From a virus, in IMG/VR virus record IMGVR_UViG_3300042922_000982, positions 64,001 to 128,000 of that record: a stretch of 64,000 nt of DNA; one strand, given 5' to 3'. The notes under the pieces are model-generated. The model was not told the origin of the DNA, did not search any database, and saw only the letters and a list, made by a program, of their open reading frames with translations. Shown piece after piece: positions 9,617 to 19,493 of the stretch (its first letter is position 1; the number at the start of each line of letters is the position of its first letter). A program made the translations under genes and the position numbers.

Positions 9617-10470
9617 GCCCGAGCAAGATCACCCCGCCTGCGCGCTACACTTTCCTCGCGCGCAGGCTGAATCGGCACCGCTACCACCTGACGGCCCTCG
9701 CGGGCGGCGGCGATCCGCTGTGCGGCAACGACGACGAGGTCAGCGAGCAGACCATGGAGTACCTGCGCGGCGAGTTCACGCCCGCCGAGAAGGTCTGCCG
9801 GGAGTGCTACGCCCTAGCGGGCGCGCCCTTCCCCTACCCCGATCCGGGCCCGGCGCCTGAAATCGTGCCGGGGGAGGTCGAGCTGCGCTGGCACCTGCCT
9901 GACGGCGCCGCCGAGCCGGAACAGGTGCTCATGCGCAGGCGCGCCACGCGCGGATGGGAGAGCGCTGTGCCGGTGGAGACGGCCCGCAGCCGCGTGTTCA
10001 CCTGCTACCTGTTCAGCTACCCCACGCGCGAGGAGGCGATCGCCGCGCAGCTGGCCATCGAGGAGAAGCGGCTGGCGCCCGAGATCGCCTACGTGCAGCG
10101 GCTGCGGGACGCCCTGCGCGGCGGCCGGGCCGCCGGTGGCCAGCCGCGACTGGACGCCATCGCGGCGCGGCTGGAGGTGGCCACGCCCGCGCCGTGGGGC
10201 TACGGCAGCAACTTCGTCTCGACGCCGGGGCCGAACGGCCGCTTTGTGGCCATGTCGCCCAAGCCCGACGATCCGTACGCGGCGCCGCAGCAGGCGGGCA
10301 ACCTGGCCTTCATCTGCCACGCGCGCGCCGACGTGCCCGACCTGTTGAAGGTGGCGCGCGCGGCGCGGGAGGTACTCGACGCGGCCCCGGCCGCGCAGGC
10401 CGACACCCCGGTGGCGTGGATGGCGGCGTTGCAGAACCTGGCCGCCGTGCTCGACTCCCTCGACGGGTAA
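9610..10470 (+). CDS. hypothetical protein with C-terminal ATPxPW..FIxHARxDVPxL phage domain
   Basis: GGAGG RBS before GTG; common phage motif. Confidence 0.7.
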   Translation: MLSPSKITPPARYTFLARRLNRHRYHLTALAGGGDPLCGNDDEVSEQTMEYLRGEFTPAEKVCRECYALAGAPFPYPDPGPAPEIVPGEVELRWHLPDGAAEPEQVLMRRRATRGWESAVPVETARSRVFTCYLFSYPTREEAIAAQLAIEEKRLAPEIAYVQRLRDALRGGRAAGGQPRLDAIAARLEVATPAPWGYGSNFVSTPGPNGRFVAMSPKPDDPYAAPQQAGNLAFICHARADVPDLLKVARAAREVLDAAPAAQADTPVAWMAALQNLAAVLDSLDG

Positions 10471-10501
10471 AGGGGCGCGGTCAAGAAACGTGACCCAGGT
10501 G

Positions 10502-10534
10502 GGCGGAAGGGCAAGGATCCTTCCGCCTTTTTTG
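10502..10534 (+). terminator. intrinsic terminator
   Basis: GGCGGAAGG/CCTTCCGCC stem + T7. Confidence 0.85.
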
Positions 10535-10560
10535 TCGTTTGGGGTAAAAAGGGGGCCTCG

Positions 10561-10610
10561 GGGCCTTGAGGAACGGTTTTTCTTGGGGCAGGATAGAAGG
10601 TAGTAGGGGC
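10561..10610 (+). promoter_or_regulatory. repeated promoter-like element, copy 2
   Basis: GGAAC 10570, GGATAG 10591; directly after a terminator. Confidence 0.8.
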
Positions 10611-10653
10611 GGGCGCGTGTCCGCCGCCACACCGGCCGAAAGGAGGCCCCACC

Positions 10654-10827
10654 ATGCAGACCTCGACACCCACGGCGCGCTACCGCGTCGAGCGGCTCGC
10701 ACGGGGGCGGAAACGCCCCTTGTGGCTGGCCGTGGACGGCGCGACCGGCGCCACTCTGCACCCCTTCCCCACCCAGCGCATGGCCGTCCAGTACGTCGGC
10801 CTGCGCAACACCGAGCCGGGCCTGTAG
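10654..10827 (+). CDS. 57-aa hypothetical protein (below ORF-track cutoff)
   Basis: AAGGAGG RBS, MQTSTPTARYRVERL... Confidence 0.65.
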   Translation: MQTSTPTARYRVERLARGRKRPLWLAVDGATGATLHPFPTQRMAVQYVGLRNTEPGL

Positions 10828-10846
10828 GGCCCAGAGGAGAACCGCC

Positions 10847-11365
10847 ATGACCACCGCCAAAGCCAAGAAGAGTCAACCCCAGCCGATCGCCAGCGAGTTT
10901 AACGGCCGCGTCGCCCAGGTGCGGCCCGACCTCACCATGAACCCGTACGCGGGCGCCATTGGTCGGCTCGCGCTGCACCCCAAGCGCGGCACCATGGAGC
11001 TTCACGTCTTGCAGGGCGTGGGCTACCTGGCCATCGAGGGGCTCACCGCCGACGAGATCACCCTGCTCGAAGGCCCGACCGCCGAGGCGCTGGTGCGGGG
11101 CGAGGTGTTCAAGCGCACGCTCGCCACCGCTCGCGTGCCCGCCATCACGGCGCACCAGCCGACGGTGGCCTACTTGATGCGCGCGGCCTACATGGTGCCG
11201 CTCGACGGCGCCGACACCTTCATGATCCAGCTGGGCACCTGGTCGGATGAGCAGGCGGCCATCAAACGGGACATGGACGACGCGGGCGTGCACCCGGCGC
11301 TCTACGAGCTGATGCGCACGGCGCGCGAGATGAAGAGCCCGTACCTCTGGCTCGTGATCGCCTAG
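10847..11365 (+). CDS. hypothetical protein
   Basis: GGAGAACCGCCATG start. Confidence 0.8.
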   Translation: MTTAKAKKSQPQPIASEFNGRVAQVRPDLTMNPYAGAIGRLALHPKRGTMELHVLQGVGYLAIEGLTADEITLLEGPTAEALVRGEVFKRTLATARVPAITAHQPTVAYLMRAAYMVPLDGADTFMIQLGTWSDEQAAIKRDMDDAGVHPALYELMRTAREMKSPYLWLVIA

Positions 11366-11378
11366 CGATCGAGGCCCA

Positions 11379-11455
11379 GGGCCCCCAGGAACGGTTTTTT
11401 CGGGGCCTGGATAGTAGAGAGTAGGGAGGGGGCCGGTTGCCCGGCGCCCTCCCCC
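11379..11455 (+). promoter_or_regulatory. repeated promoter-like element, copy 3, + 5' stem-loop
   Basis: GGAAC 11388, GGATAG 11409, GGGAGGG..CCCTCCC hairpin. Confidence 0.8.
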
Positions 11456-11485
11456 GTCACCCCCACCGTCAAAAGGAGAACCGCC

Positions 11486-11902
11486 ATGACCACCAAGACC
11501 AGCACCCGCACCTCCCGCGCGCCCAAGGCGAAAGCCATGGCCGTGGACCCCCGGCCCAAGACCAAGCTGCCGCGCAAGCGTCGCTCGGACGCGGGCGTGC
11601 CGCGCACCCTCGACAAGCCGCGCATGGGCTTCCTCGCCGACCTGTTCGCCGAGGCGCCCGTGCACACCCCGGCCCCGGAGGAGCGCACCTTCTGGATCAC
11701 CGAGTCGCCCAGCGGCTTGTACCTGGTGCGCCCCACCGAGTTCGAGGCGCGCGTGGCCGTGAACAAGTGCGGCAACCGCGCGATCGGCACGGTGAAAGCG
11801 AAGGACTACCACGCCGCCACGCTCCTGGCCATGGCCATGGAGCAGCGCGACTACCCCGGCGACGCCCGCTTCGTCCGCGCTACCCGCGCGGCGCGCGCTT
11901 AA
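11486..11902 (+). CDS. basic hypothetical protein (RKRRSDAG motif)
   Basis: AAGGAGAACCGCCATG start. Confidence 0.8.
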   Translation: MTTKTSTRTSRAPKAKAMAVDPRPKTKLPRKRRSDAGVPRTLDKPRMGFLADLFAEAPVHTPAPEERTFWITESPSGLYLVRPTEFEARVAVNKCGNRAIGTVKAKDYHAATLLAMAMEQRDYPGDARFVRATRAARA

Positions 11903-11916
11903 GGGAGGATCCTGCC

Positions 11917-12510
11917 ATGACGAACGTGATCCAGAGCAAGCAGAACCTGTGCAGCGCCCTCTCCTACGGCGTCGCCGTCGACCTGACCCGCTTGACCGGC
12001 GCCAAGTGGGCGGGCTCGGTGGACCCCAAGCTGGAGGCCACCGTACACCTGCGCCGCGAGGACGGCCTGGCGCTCACCATGGTCCTGACGGGCAACCGCT
12101 GGACGATCGGCTGGAGCGCGGGCTACGGCGTGGACAGCCTGGCCAACTGGGTGCCGACCGGCGCCTGGCCGCAGAGCATCGGGCTCGCCTTCGATCGCCC
12201 CAGCTCGCGCTTCGCGGGCGAGATCGTCCGGCGGCTCTTGCCGGGCGCGGAAGCGGCCCAGACGGCGGCCATCGCGCGCCGGGACGCGGCCGAGCGGTTT
12301 GATCAGGAAACCGGGGAGGCGATCGCCGAGGTGGCCGCCGCTCTGGGCACCACGGCGCACGGCGCGCGCGGCGACAAGGCCATGACCACGTTCGGGCGCA
12401 CCGCGATCGAGGCGGAGGCGTCCGGCTCGAATGTGACGCTGTCCATCACCAACCTGGACCCCGGCCTGGCGGCCCGCATCATCAAGCTGATCGCCAAGGC
12501 GGACCGCTAG
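11917..12510 (+). CDS. hypothetical protein
   Basis: GGAGG RBS. Confidence 0.75.
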   Translation: MTNVIQSKQNLCSALSYGVAVDLTRLTGAKWAGSVDPKLEATVHLRREDGLALTMVLTGNRWTIGWSAGYGVDSLANWVPTGAWPQSIGLAFDRPSSRFAGEIVRRLLPGAEAAQTAAIARRDAAERFDQETGEAIAEVAAALGTTAHGARGDKAMTTFGRTAIEAEASGSNVTLSITNLDPGLAARIIKLIAKADR

Positions 12511-12563
12511 TCCCGCCCCCCTACCGCCCCGGCCGCCCGGCCGGGGCATCGAGGAGAGCCGCC

Positions 12564-12749
12564 ATGCCCGACCACGATCACGACCTGCGCGCGCGCATCA
12601 TCTACCCGCCGCTCACCCAGGAAAATATCCACGCCACGATCAACGAGCTGGAGCGTTGCCGGGCCACTGGCCCCAAGACGCAAAAGCACGTCGCCGTCGC
12701 CATCAAGCACCTGCGCAAAGCGCTGCTGTCCGCCTACAAAGGCGAGTAA
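12564..12749 (+). CDS. hypothetical protein
   Basis: GAGGAGAGCCGCCATG start. Confidence 0.7.
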   Translation: MPDHDHDLRARIIYPPLTQENIHATINELERCRATGPKTQKHVAVAIKHLRKALLSAYKGE

Positions 12750-12762
12750 GAGGACCCCCGCC

Positions 12763-13191
12763 ATGACCCAGAAGCACCTGATCACCCCCACGATCGCCGC
12801 CGCCCTGCCGACCGCCGAGAGCGAGGAGCGCGGCTACGCCGGGTGGTCGCCCGGCGGCGACTACCTGGGCTGGCCCAAGGAGGGCTGGACCAGCAACCAG
12901 GAGTATGCCACCTCGGCCGAGTTTATCGAAGCGTACGCGGGCGCCGACCCCGAGCTGAATTTGGTGGCCGACTTCTACTTCACGCCGCACACCGACGCCG
13001 ACGACCAGCCCGACGGCACCTTCGGCCTGCTCCTCTGGATGCTGCACCCGCGCAAGGGCGCCGGGCGCGGCATCACGGTCAAGCTGGTCGACGAGGGCGA
13101 CCTCGACGCCATCAAGGCGATCCTGCGCGAGAGCTTCGTCCAGCACCAGAAGCACTTCGCCTGGGCGATCGCCGACACCCCCTCCCCATAG
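12763..13191 (+). CDS. hypothetical protein
   Basis: GAGGA RBS. Confidence 0.75.
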   Translation: MTQKHLITPTIAAALPTAESEERGYAGWSPGGDYLGWPKEGWTSNQEYATSAEFIEAYAGADPELNLVADFYFTPHTDADDQPDGTFGLLLWMLHPRKGAGRGITVKLVDEGDLDAIKAILRESFVQHQKHFAWAIADTPSP

Positions 13192-13246
13192 TCCCGCCCC
13201 CTACCGCACCGGCCACCCGGCCGGGGCCCGCCCAAGGAGTACCGTC

Positions 13247-13489
13247 ATGCCCCACCGTCAACCGCGCCCCAAAGCGGGCGATATCGCCGTCATCAAGCAC
13301 CCCACCGGCACCTTCCGGGGGCCGATCCAGTCGGTGTCCAACATGGGCACCGTCGAGGAGCCCAACTGGTACATCGAGTTCACCCATGACGCCCTGAGCC
13401 ACGCGCGCACGGGCGACCCCGGCTACTGGAAGCAGCGGATCGACGGCGGCACCGTCAGCTTCATTCCGCAGGAGGTGGCCGATGCGTAG
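13247..13489 (+). CDS. hypothetical protein (SH3-like)
   Basis: AAGGAG RBS. Confidence 0.7.
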   Translation: MPHRQPRPKAGDIAVIKHPTGTFRGPIQSVSNMGTVEEPNWYIEFTHDALSHARTGDPGYWKQRIDGGTVSFIPQEVADA

Positions 13490-14234
13490 CGCCCGCTTCA
13501 CCGTTCGGCCCATGGGGGGCCGCGTCCGCACCCCCGAGGACTCCCTGCGCGCCAAGGCCGCCATCAGCCTGAAGCATGCGCATGGCGATCTGCTCAAGCT
13601 GCTGGTCTCGGACGGCCCGGACTACGTCGACGACCCGGAGGCGGCCGGGGCGATCAACCTGGCCGACGGCCTGGTGTCGTTCGGGCGCGTGTGGCCCATG
13701 GACACGCCCAACATGGCCATGAGCTACGCCAAGCTGCATCCGCTCTACCCCGGCGAGTGGGGCACCTTCACCGTGCGTCCCCTCACCGCGCGCGAGTGGG
13801 AGGCCATCCCGTACAAGAAGCGGCTGGAGTGCACCTTCTTGACGATCATCTACGAGTGGCCCGAGGGTCCGGACTACAACCCGCCCCCCGAGCGTCCGCC
13901 CCTGCACATCGCCGACGTCGTGCCGGTGAAGCAGCTGCAAGCGGCGATCGACACGGCCTTTCAGGCGATCGAAAGCGAGCGCGCCCTGCGCTTCGAGCGC
14001 GATCCGTGGGTGCTGACCCCGCAGACGCTGCCCGACGCGCTGGCGCGCTCGCTCGCCGAGCTGATCCCGATGGCCGAGGCTGCCAACCTCAACGACGGCC
14101 ACCCCCTGGGCATCGTGGAGGGCGCCAAGCGCGCGCTCCGCGAGTGGAGCGCCCTGGTCAACCCGACACCCCCGCCCCCGGCTTCTAGCCGGGGTATCGG
14201 GCCCCCAGGAACGGTTTTTTCGGGGCGTGGATAG
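13482..14234 (+). CDS. hypothetical protein; 3' end runs into promoter repeat
   Basis: GGAGG RBS. Confidence 0.7.
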   Translation: MRSARFTVRPMGGRVRTPEDSLRAKAAISLKHAHGDLLKLLVSDGPDYVDDPEAAGAINLADGLVSFGRVWPMDTPNMAMSYAKLHPLYPGEWGTFTVRPLTAREWEAIPYKKRLECTFLTIIYEWPEGPDYNPPPERPPLHIADVVPVKQLQAAIDTAFQAIESERALRFERDPWVLTPQTLPDALARSLAELIPMAEAANLNDGHPLGIVEGAKRALREWSALVNPTPPPPASSRGIGPPGTVFSGRG

Positions 14235-14280
14235 CAGTTAGTAGGGAGGGGGGCCGGGCAACCGGCGCCCCGCCCCCGTT
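14199..14280 (+). promoter_or_regulatory. repeated promoter-like element, copy 4, + stem-loop
   Basis: GGAAC 14208, GGATAG 14229. Confidence 0.8.
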
Positions 14281-14308
14281 ACCCCCACCGATGAAAGGAC
14301 ACCCCACC

Positions 14309-14596
14309 ATGCCCAAGACCACCACGCACCTGACGGACAACGAGATCAAGGTGATCAAGGCGATCGTCGAGAGCCCGTACGGCGAGGACCTCACCGACGA
14401 GACCTGGACGATGTACGTCGCCGAGGACGCCAAGCTCACCCCGCGCACCTTCCCCGGCGTCATGTCGAGCCTGGTGCAAAAGGGCCTGGCCGAGACGCGC
14501 GGCGATGGCAAGGAGGCCACCTGCAACCTCACGGACGCGGGCGCCGCGCTCTACAAGACCCACGCGGCCTTCCGTTCCGCGCAGGCCGAGGGCTAG
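14309..14596 (+). CDS. winged helix-turn-helix protein
   Basis: LTDNEIKVIKAI..GVMSSLVQKGL..LTDAG wHTH pattern. Confidence 0.7.
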   Translation: MPKTTTHLTDNEIKVIKAIVESPYGEDLTDETWTMYVAEDAKLTPRTFPGVMSSLVQKGLAETRGDGKEATCNLTDAGAALYKTHAAFRSAQAEG

Positions 14597-14600
14597 GGGG

Positions 14601-14837
14601 ATGCCGTGGACCGCGCCCATCGTCGCCTACGTCGACAACCTTGGTTACACCCGCTGCACCCGCTGCGCGCCTGCCGACAAGCGGCACCACCCCCAGTACG
14701 GAGACAACGCCGCGATGGAGGATCAGGCGTGCGACGTGTGCCACGTCGCCATCAAGACGACCCGGTCGTCGGAGTATGTGCAAATCGCCTGGGACGCCCG
14801 CGAGGCGCCCGAGTACGAATACCCGGTTATCGAGTAG
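14601..14837 (+). CDS. small CxxC protein
   Basis: CTRC, CDVC. Confidence 0.6.
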   Translation: MPWTAPIVAYVDNLGYTRCTRCAPADKRHHPQYGDNAAMEDQACDVCHVAIKTTRSSEYVQIAWDAREAPEYEYPVIE

Positions 14838-14895
14838 GCCCCACCCTGCCCCGGCGCGCGCCGGGGCGCCACCCCCACCGTTAAGGAGTACCGCC

Positions 14896-15642
14896 ATGAC
14901 CACCCAGACCCCCGCCGCCATCGAGCGCACCCCCGCCGTCACCGCCCTGGCCCTGTGCCTGCGCCCCCTGTTCGACTACCACGTCGCCAACGCCGACCTG
15001 GTCGATGATCACTCGGTCGGCCTGTGCGTGTGCGCCGAGGTGAGCGACATCGCCTTCGCCGAGGGCCTGTTCGCCATCGTCAACGCGCCGCGCACCTTCT
15101 ACGAGGCGGGCCTGCGCATGCGCGGCACGTCGCGGAGCGATCGCATGGCCATCCTCGAGGCCGTGCGCGAGTACGTGATCGCCCACCCGCTCGGCGCCAT
15201 CCTCGAGAGCCGGGGCGGCTCGCTGCGGGCCGAGCGCCTGGGCATGTCGGGCGCCACCTACGATCGGCTCGACCTGGGCGGCCCGATCAACGAGAAGCTC
15301 GACCCCGTGATGGTGCAGCTGAGCTTCAACCGCCCCGAGGGCATGGAGCAGCCCGACGACGGCGAGACCGTCGCCATGCGGCTCGACGAGGAGGTGCTGA
15401 GCCACTACAAGCTCGCAGAGACGATTGACCGCTGGCTGATGGACGAATGGGCGCGCATCGGCTTCGGCTGGCGCTCGAAGGGGCGCACCTTCGACCTGCA
15501 CCGCGAGCTGACCGAGGTGGGCGCGCGCCTGGTGAAGGAGTGGACGCCCGCGCCGGGCGGCGAGCTGGACCCCGGCGTGGAGCTGCTTGTCGGCATGGCC
15601 GCGCAGGCGATCGCCGCCTACGGCCACGCGGAGGTGGCGTGA
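14896..15642 (+). CDS. hypothetical protein
   Basis: AAGGAGTACCGCCATG start. Confidence 0.8.
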   Translation: MTTQTPAAIERTPAVTALALCLRPLFDYHVANADLVDDHSVGLCVCAEVSDIAFAEGLFAIVNAPRTFYEAGLRMRGTSRSDRMAILEAVREYVIAHPLGAILESRGGSLRAERLGMSGATYDRLDLGGPINEKLDPVMVQLSFNRPEGMEQPDDGETVAMRLDEEVLSHYKLAETIDRWLMDEWARIGFGWRSKGRTFDLHRELTEVGARLVKEWTPAPGGELDPGVELLVGMAAQAIAAYGHAEVA

Positions 15643-15977
15643 TGTTCGAGGTCATGAGCAAGCGGTGTAACCAGTGCCTGTTCGGCCCGAACCGGATCGT
15701 GGACGCGGACCGCAAGGCCGAGATCCTCGCCGAGTGCACGGCCACGGGGAAGCACTTCACCTGCCACAAGGCGACCATGCACTCGCGCAGCATGGACGTG
15801 TGCTGCCGGGGCTTCTGGGACGCCTTCCGGGTGTCGCACGCCACGCAGGGCATGCGATTGGCGCAGTACCTGCGGCCGGACGCGCCGTGGACCTTCATCG
15901 ATCCCGGCACGCTCAAGGTGGTGGGGCACGGGCTCACCCCACCCGAGGCGGCCCCGGCGGCAACGCCTACCGAGTGA
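15642..15977 (+). CDS. Cys-rich phage protein (CxxCxF..FxCH..CxG)
   Basis: GGAGG RBS, TGATG overlap. Confidence 0.75.
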   Translation: MFEVMSKRCNQCLFGPNRIVDADRKAEILAECTATGKHFTCHKATMHSRSMDVCCRGFWDAFRVSHATQGMRLAQYLRPDAPWTFIDPGTLKVVGHGLTPPEAAPAATPTE

Positions 15978-15998
15978 GCCACGGCGGCGTGGTAGACT

Positions 15999-16035
15999 GG
16001 CGGTCAGCAGGCAAGCAACCTGCTGGCCGCCTTTT
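15999..16035 (+). terminator. intrinsic terminator-like hairpin
   Basis: GGCGGTCAGCAGG/CCTGCTGGCCGCC + TTTT. Confidence 0.7.
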
Positions 16036-16065
16036 CTCGTCTTCGCCTGCCGAAAGGATCCACCT

Positions 16066-16965
16066 GTGTCCCAATTCGACCCCGAGTTCCTCGACTTCAT
16101 CACCGACCACATGTCGGACGTCTTCAAGGCGTCCGCGTGCGGGCACTACGACGCGCTCAATTACAAGGATTGCGCCAACCACCTGGCCGTGCTGGCGTCT
16201 GAGACGGGCCTGCTCGGCTCCGAGACCCCCGAGGGCTTCTTGAACGCCGACGTGATCGACACGCTCTACAGCATGGCCACGGCCGCCTTCGCCTGCTTGA
16301 TGTGGAGCTACGGCGAAACCTTCGACCAGATGCGCGCACGCCTGAGCGATCGCCTGCTCGACACCCACCACGCCGCCTTCCACGCGGCCGACGGCTGGAT
16401 GGGGCTCGATCACTACCGGGGGCCGTCGTTCCAGCTGCTGACCGAAATCTTCAAGCTCGGCGGCGAAGTGAGCGCGGCAGCGGTCGAAATTGCCGATCCG
16501 GTGCCGCCCGGCAACGCCGCCTGCGAGAAGCAGCTCTGGGAGGTGCTCACAGCCATCCTGGCCGTGACGGCCACGGTCACGTTCATGCACGACGAGGTCC
16601 TCGAACGCGCGCAGGCGGCCCAGGAGGCGGCGAAAGAGTACCGCAAGCACGGCATGGGTGCGATGACCCTGATCGTCTGCGCGATCGCCGACCCCGACGT
16701 GTTCGCCTTCCCGCTCGGCGAGCACAACATCATGGCGCAGGTGGAGCGCAGGCTCGCGGGCAACATGCTGATCGCCTCGGTGGACCTCGACGAGGTCACG
16801 GCCTACCTGAGCGCCTGCGAGGCCAAGGACAACCTGCCCATGGCCATGATGCCCGTGCTCGGCGTGTGCGTGCCGCAGCCGGACGGCACCATCGACACGG
16901 TCACGATCCTCGAGACGTTGCGCGAGGCGGCCATGCGCGAAGAGGGGCTCAACCCGGACGATTAA
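16066..16965 (+). CDS. hypothetical protein
   Basis: GAAAGGA RBS before GTG; 299 aa. Confidence 0.75.
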   Translation: MSQFDPEFLDFITDHMSDVFKASACGHYDALNYKDCANHLAVLASETGLLGSETPEGFLNADVIDTLYSMATAAFACLMWSYGETFDQMRARLSDRLLDTHHAAFHAADGWMGLDHYRGPSFQLLTEIFKLGGEVSAAAVEIADPVPPGNAACEKQLWEVLTAILAVTATVTFMHDEVLERAQAAQEAAKEYRKHGMGAMTLIVCAIADPDVFAFPLGEHNIMAQVERRLAGNMLIASVDLDEVTAYLSACEAKDNLPMAMMPVLGVCVPQPDGTIDTVTILETLREAAMREEGLNPDD

Positions 16966-16984
16966 GCGCCCGATCGGGCCGCCA

Positions 16985-17066
16985 GGGCCCCCAGGAACGC
17001 TTTTTTCGGGGCGTGGATAGTAGATAGTAGGGAGGGGCTACCGGGCAACCGGCGGCCCCTCCTCCG
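16985..17066 (+). promoter_or_regulatory. repeated promoter-like element, copy 5, + stem-loop
   Basis: GGAAC 16994, GGATAG 17015. Confidence 0.8.
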
Positions 17067-17096
17067 TCACCCCCATCACCGAAAGGAGCGCTCACC

Positions 17097-17498
17097 ATGC
17101 GCATCACCATCCACACCACCGCCACCGAGTCCACCAACGAGCAGAGCCGCACCTACACGGAGCTGCCGATCGCCACCTCCTCCATGTTCACGCACGGCCC
17201 CTGCGACCCCTTCACGATCGTCGCGCACAACGGCGAGGTCGAGTCGGCCTGCACCGTGATCCTGCACGGGCCGAACGGGCACCTGTTCATCATCCTACTC
17301 ACCGGCACGGCCAACGACATCCGGACGATCTTCTGGAACCTGTATTGCAACGCCTACGGCGTGCGCCAGAAGACCTGGGTCGGCGAGATCTACAACACGA
17401 TCGCCGACCACCTGCCCAAGTGCCTGGAGTGCGAGGGCCAGGTGGACGCCACCGGCTGGTGCGCGGCCCGCTGCTGCCCGACGGCCCTCACCTGCTAA
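17097..17498 (+). CDS. hypothetical protein
   Basis: GAAAGGAG RBS. Confidence 0.75.
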   Translation: MRITIHTTATESTNEQSRTYTELPIATSSMFTHGPCDPFTIVAHNGEVESACTVILHGPNGHLFIILLTGTANDIRTIFWNLYCNAYGVRQKTWVGEIYNTIADHLPKCLECEGQVDATGWCAARCCPTALTC

Positions 17499-17550
17499 GC
17501 CCCCACCGCCCCCGGCCGCACGGCCGGGGGCTTCCCCGGAGGATACCGCC

Positions 17551-17859
17551 ATGGGAAACTTGAACCGCTACCCGGACGACCTGAAGGAATGGAAGGACGA
17601 ATGGCTCACCACCGAGGCCGGGCACCACGCCTTCATGGCGCGAGTCGGCCGTGACCCCGAGGAGCGCGCCGCGTCGGCTGCGCGCGTGAAAGAGCTCAAC
17701 GCCGAGATCGCCCGCCGCTACCCCGACCGCGACGCGCTGATCGAGGAGATCATCCGGCGCCACCTGGAGCGCACCAGCGAAACGGACGCCAGCATCGCCA
17801 ACCTCCGCCGCTGGTGGCAGGATCAGCCCACCGCCGATCTGCAAGCCGCCCTCGAGTAA
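17551..17859 (+). CDS. hypothetical protein
   Basis: GGAGGATACCGCCATG start. Confidence 0.75.
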   Translation: MGNLNRYPDDLKEWKDEWLTTEAGHHAFMARVGRDPEERAASAARVKELNAEIARRYPDRDALIEEIIRRHLERTSETDASIANLRRWWQDQPTADLQAALE

Positions 17860-17887
17860 CGCCACCCCCCAACCAAGGAGAACCGCC

Positions 17888-18121
17888 ATGACCACCGCCA
17901 ACGCCCCCACCCACCTGGTCGGCACCAAGATCACCTTCTCGATCCCCGTGACGGCCGATACCGACGACGCGGCGATCGACGCCGCGCTCAAGCGCCTCAC
18001 CGACGCCCTGCGCCAAGCCTTCCCCGAGGCCGCGCCGCCGCGCCTCTCGGACGCCGCCGCGTCGCGCATCTACCCCGTGAGCCGGGTGTCCGACCCGCTC
18101 GCTGCCCGCCCGGTTGCTTAA
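17888..18121 (+). CDS. hypothetical protein
   Basis: AAGGAGAACCGCCATG start. Confidence 0.7.
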   Translation: MTTANAPTHLVGTKITFSIPVTADTDDAAIDAALKRLTDALRQAFPEAAPPRLSDAAASRIYPVSRVSDPLAARPVA

Positions 18122-18133
18122 GGAGACCCCCGC

Positions 18134-18515
18134 CATGCGCCAAGTGCACACCCACCCCGACGGCCGCCGCTTCACGCTCTGCCAGGGCGACGATTTCAAG
18201 GACGGCGATCGCGTGATCCTGATCAGCAATCCGCTCTACCCCCTGCACGCCCCGGTGATCGGCACCTTCTCGAAGCCGCACGCCACGGGCGGAACGGTCA
18301 CCTACTACGCCGACCGCGACGGCGACGAGCCCGGCGAGCTTGAAACCGACGCCATCACCCTCGAATGGGTGTCCTACAAGGCCATGCTGCCCGCCACGGC
18401 CGCCGCGCTCGACTGGGTGGCCTCCGACCTGGAGGCCCAGGCGGGGCGGTTCCGGCGGCTTCGCGAGCAGCTGTACGGCACGGCCACCGGCGACGTCGAT
18501 CGCCCGCTGCCGTGA
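18134..18515 (+). CDS. hypothetical protein
   Basis: AAGGAG RBS. Confidence 0.7.
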
Positions 18516-18670
18516 AGCGCCCCGCCCCCCTGCCCTGCCAATTCTGCGGGCGTGCCGACGGTGACGTCGGCACGCGCCAGATCGGGCACGACATCCTGTC
18601 CCGCGTGTGCGACCCCTGCACGGCCCTGCGCCGCGCCGCGCGTCGCCGCCCCTAGCCCATGGAGACCCCC

Positions 18671-19204
18671 ATGACCGAGCACATCAACACCCCGCTGCCC
18701 CTGCCGACGGCCCCGCAGCCCTACGACAACCTGAACCGCGCCTTCCGGGCCCTGTGCAAGCGCGAGGGCACCGCGCTGGATTGCTACCACGACCCTCGAG
18801 ACGTCGACGAGGTGTTCGGCCACGCCAGCCTGGTCGACGCGTTCCTGGTCGACGTGATCAAGAGCAAGCACTGGCGCGCGCGCGCCAACCCGGATGGCCT
18901 CCTCGACCTGGTCGTGCCCGGCGAGGTCGAGATCGTGGCGTACCGGGTCATCCAGCCCGCCGATCGCGCCTGGGGGCCGCGCGTGGTGCAGGAGGTGCCC
19001 CTGCTGCCGCCCCTGAGCAACGCGGATGAGGAGGGCATCAACATGACCCTCGACACGTTCGTCTCGCAGATCATGGGCTGCCTGGCCATGTCGGGCGAGC
19101 TGGCGCTTGCTCGCCAAAGCGGCCCCAACGGCGAGGACCCCGACGAGGAACCCTGCGGCCAGTGCGGCCGGGTGGATTGCGTCTGCGACGAGGAGGAGGA
19201 ATAG
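18671..19204 (+). CDS. hypothetical protein
   Basis: GGAG RBS. Confidence 0.7.
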   Translation: MTEHINTPLPLPTAPQPYDNLNRAFRALCKREGTALDCYHDPRDVDEVFGHASLVDAFLVDVIKSKHWRARANPDGLLDLVVPGEVEIVAYRVIQPADRAWGPRVVQEVPLLPPLSNADEEGINMTLDTFVSQIMGCLAMSGELALARQSGPNGEDPDEEPCGQCGRVDCVCDEEEE

Positions 19205-19206
19205 CC

Positions 19207-19386
19207 ATGGCCGTGAATGGCAAGCACAAGAAAACCTGCGGCTCGACGCGCTGCGAGCGGTGCTACGGCGAGATGGTCAACACGCGCCGGAAGCGCGAGC
19301 CCCAGCCCGGCGATCGCAAGAAGATCGCCAGCATGGCGAGTCAGGTGGCCGAGGCGATCGCCCCGGAGCCCCCGCGCGCCCAGTAA
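19207..19386 (+). CDS. small basic hypothetical protein
   Basis: GAGGA RBS. Confidence 0.6.
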   Translation: MAVNGKHKKTCGSTRCERCYGEMVNTRRKREPQPGDRKKIASMASQVAEAIAPEPPRAQ

Positions 19387-19395
19387 CCCCCTGCA

Positions 19396-19428
19396 CGCCA
19401 GGCCCCCGTCGCGGGGCCTGGCGTTTTT
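19396..19428 (+). terminator. intrinsic terminator
   Basis: CGCCAGGCCCC/GGGGCCTGGCG + T5. Confidence 0.85.
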
Positions 19429-19493
19429 GCGTCGGTGGGCCCCTGATCGGAGGTAGGATGGGCCTGCTTAACCATCACTTGAGGAGGATTGAC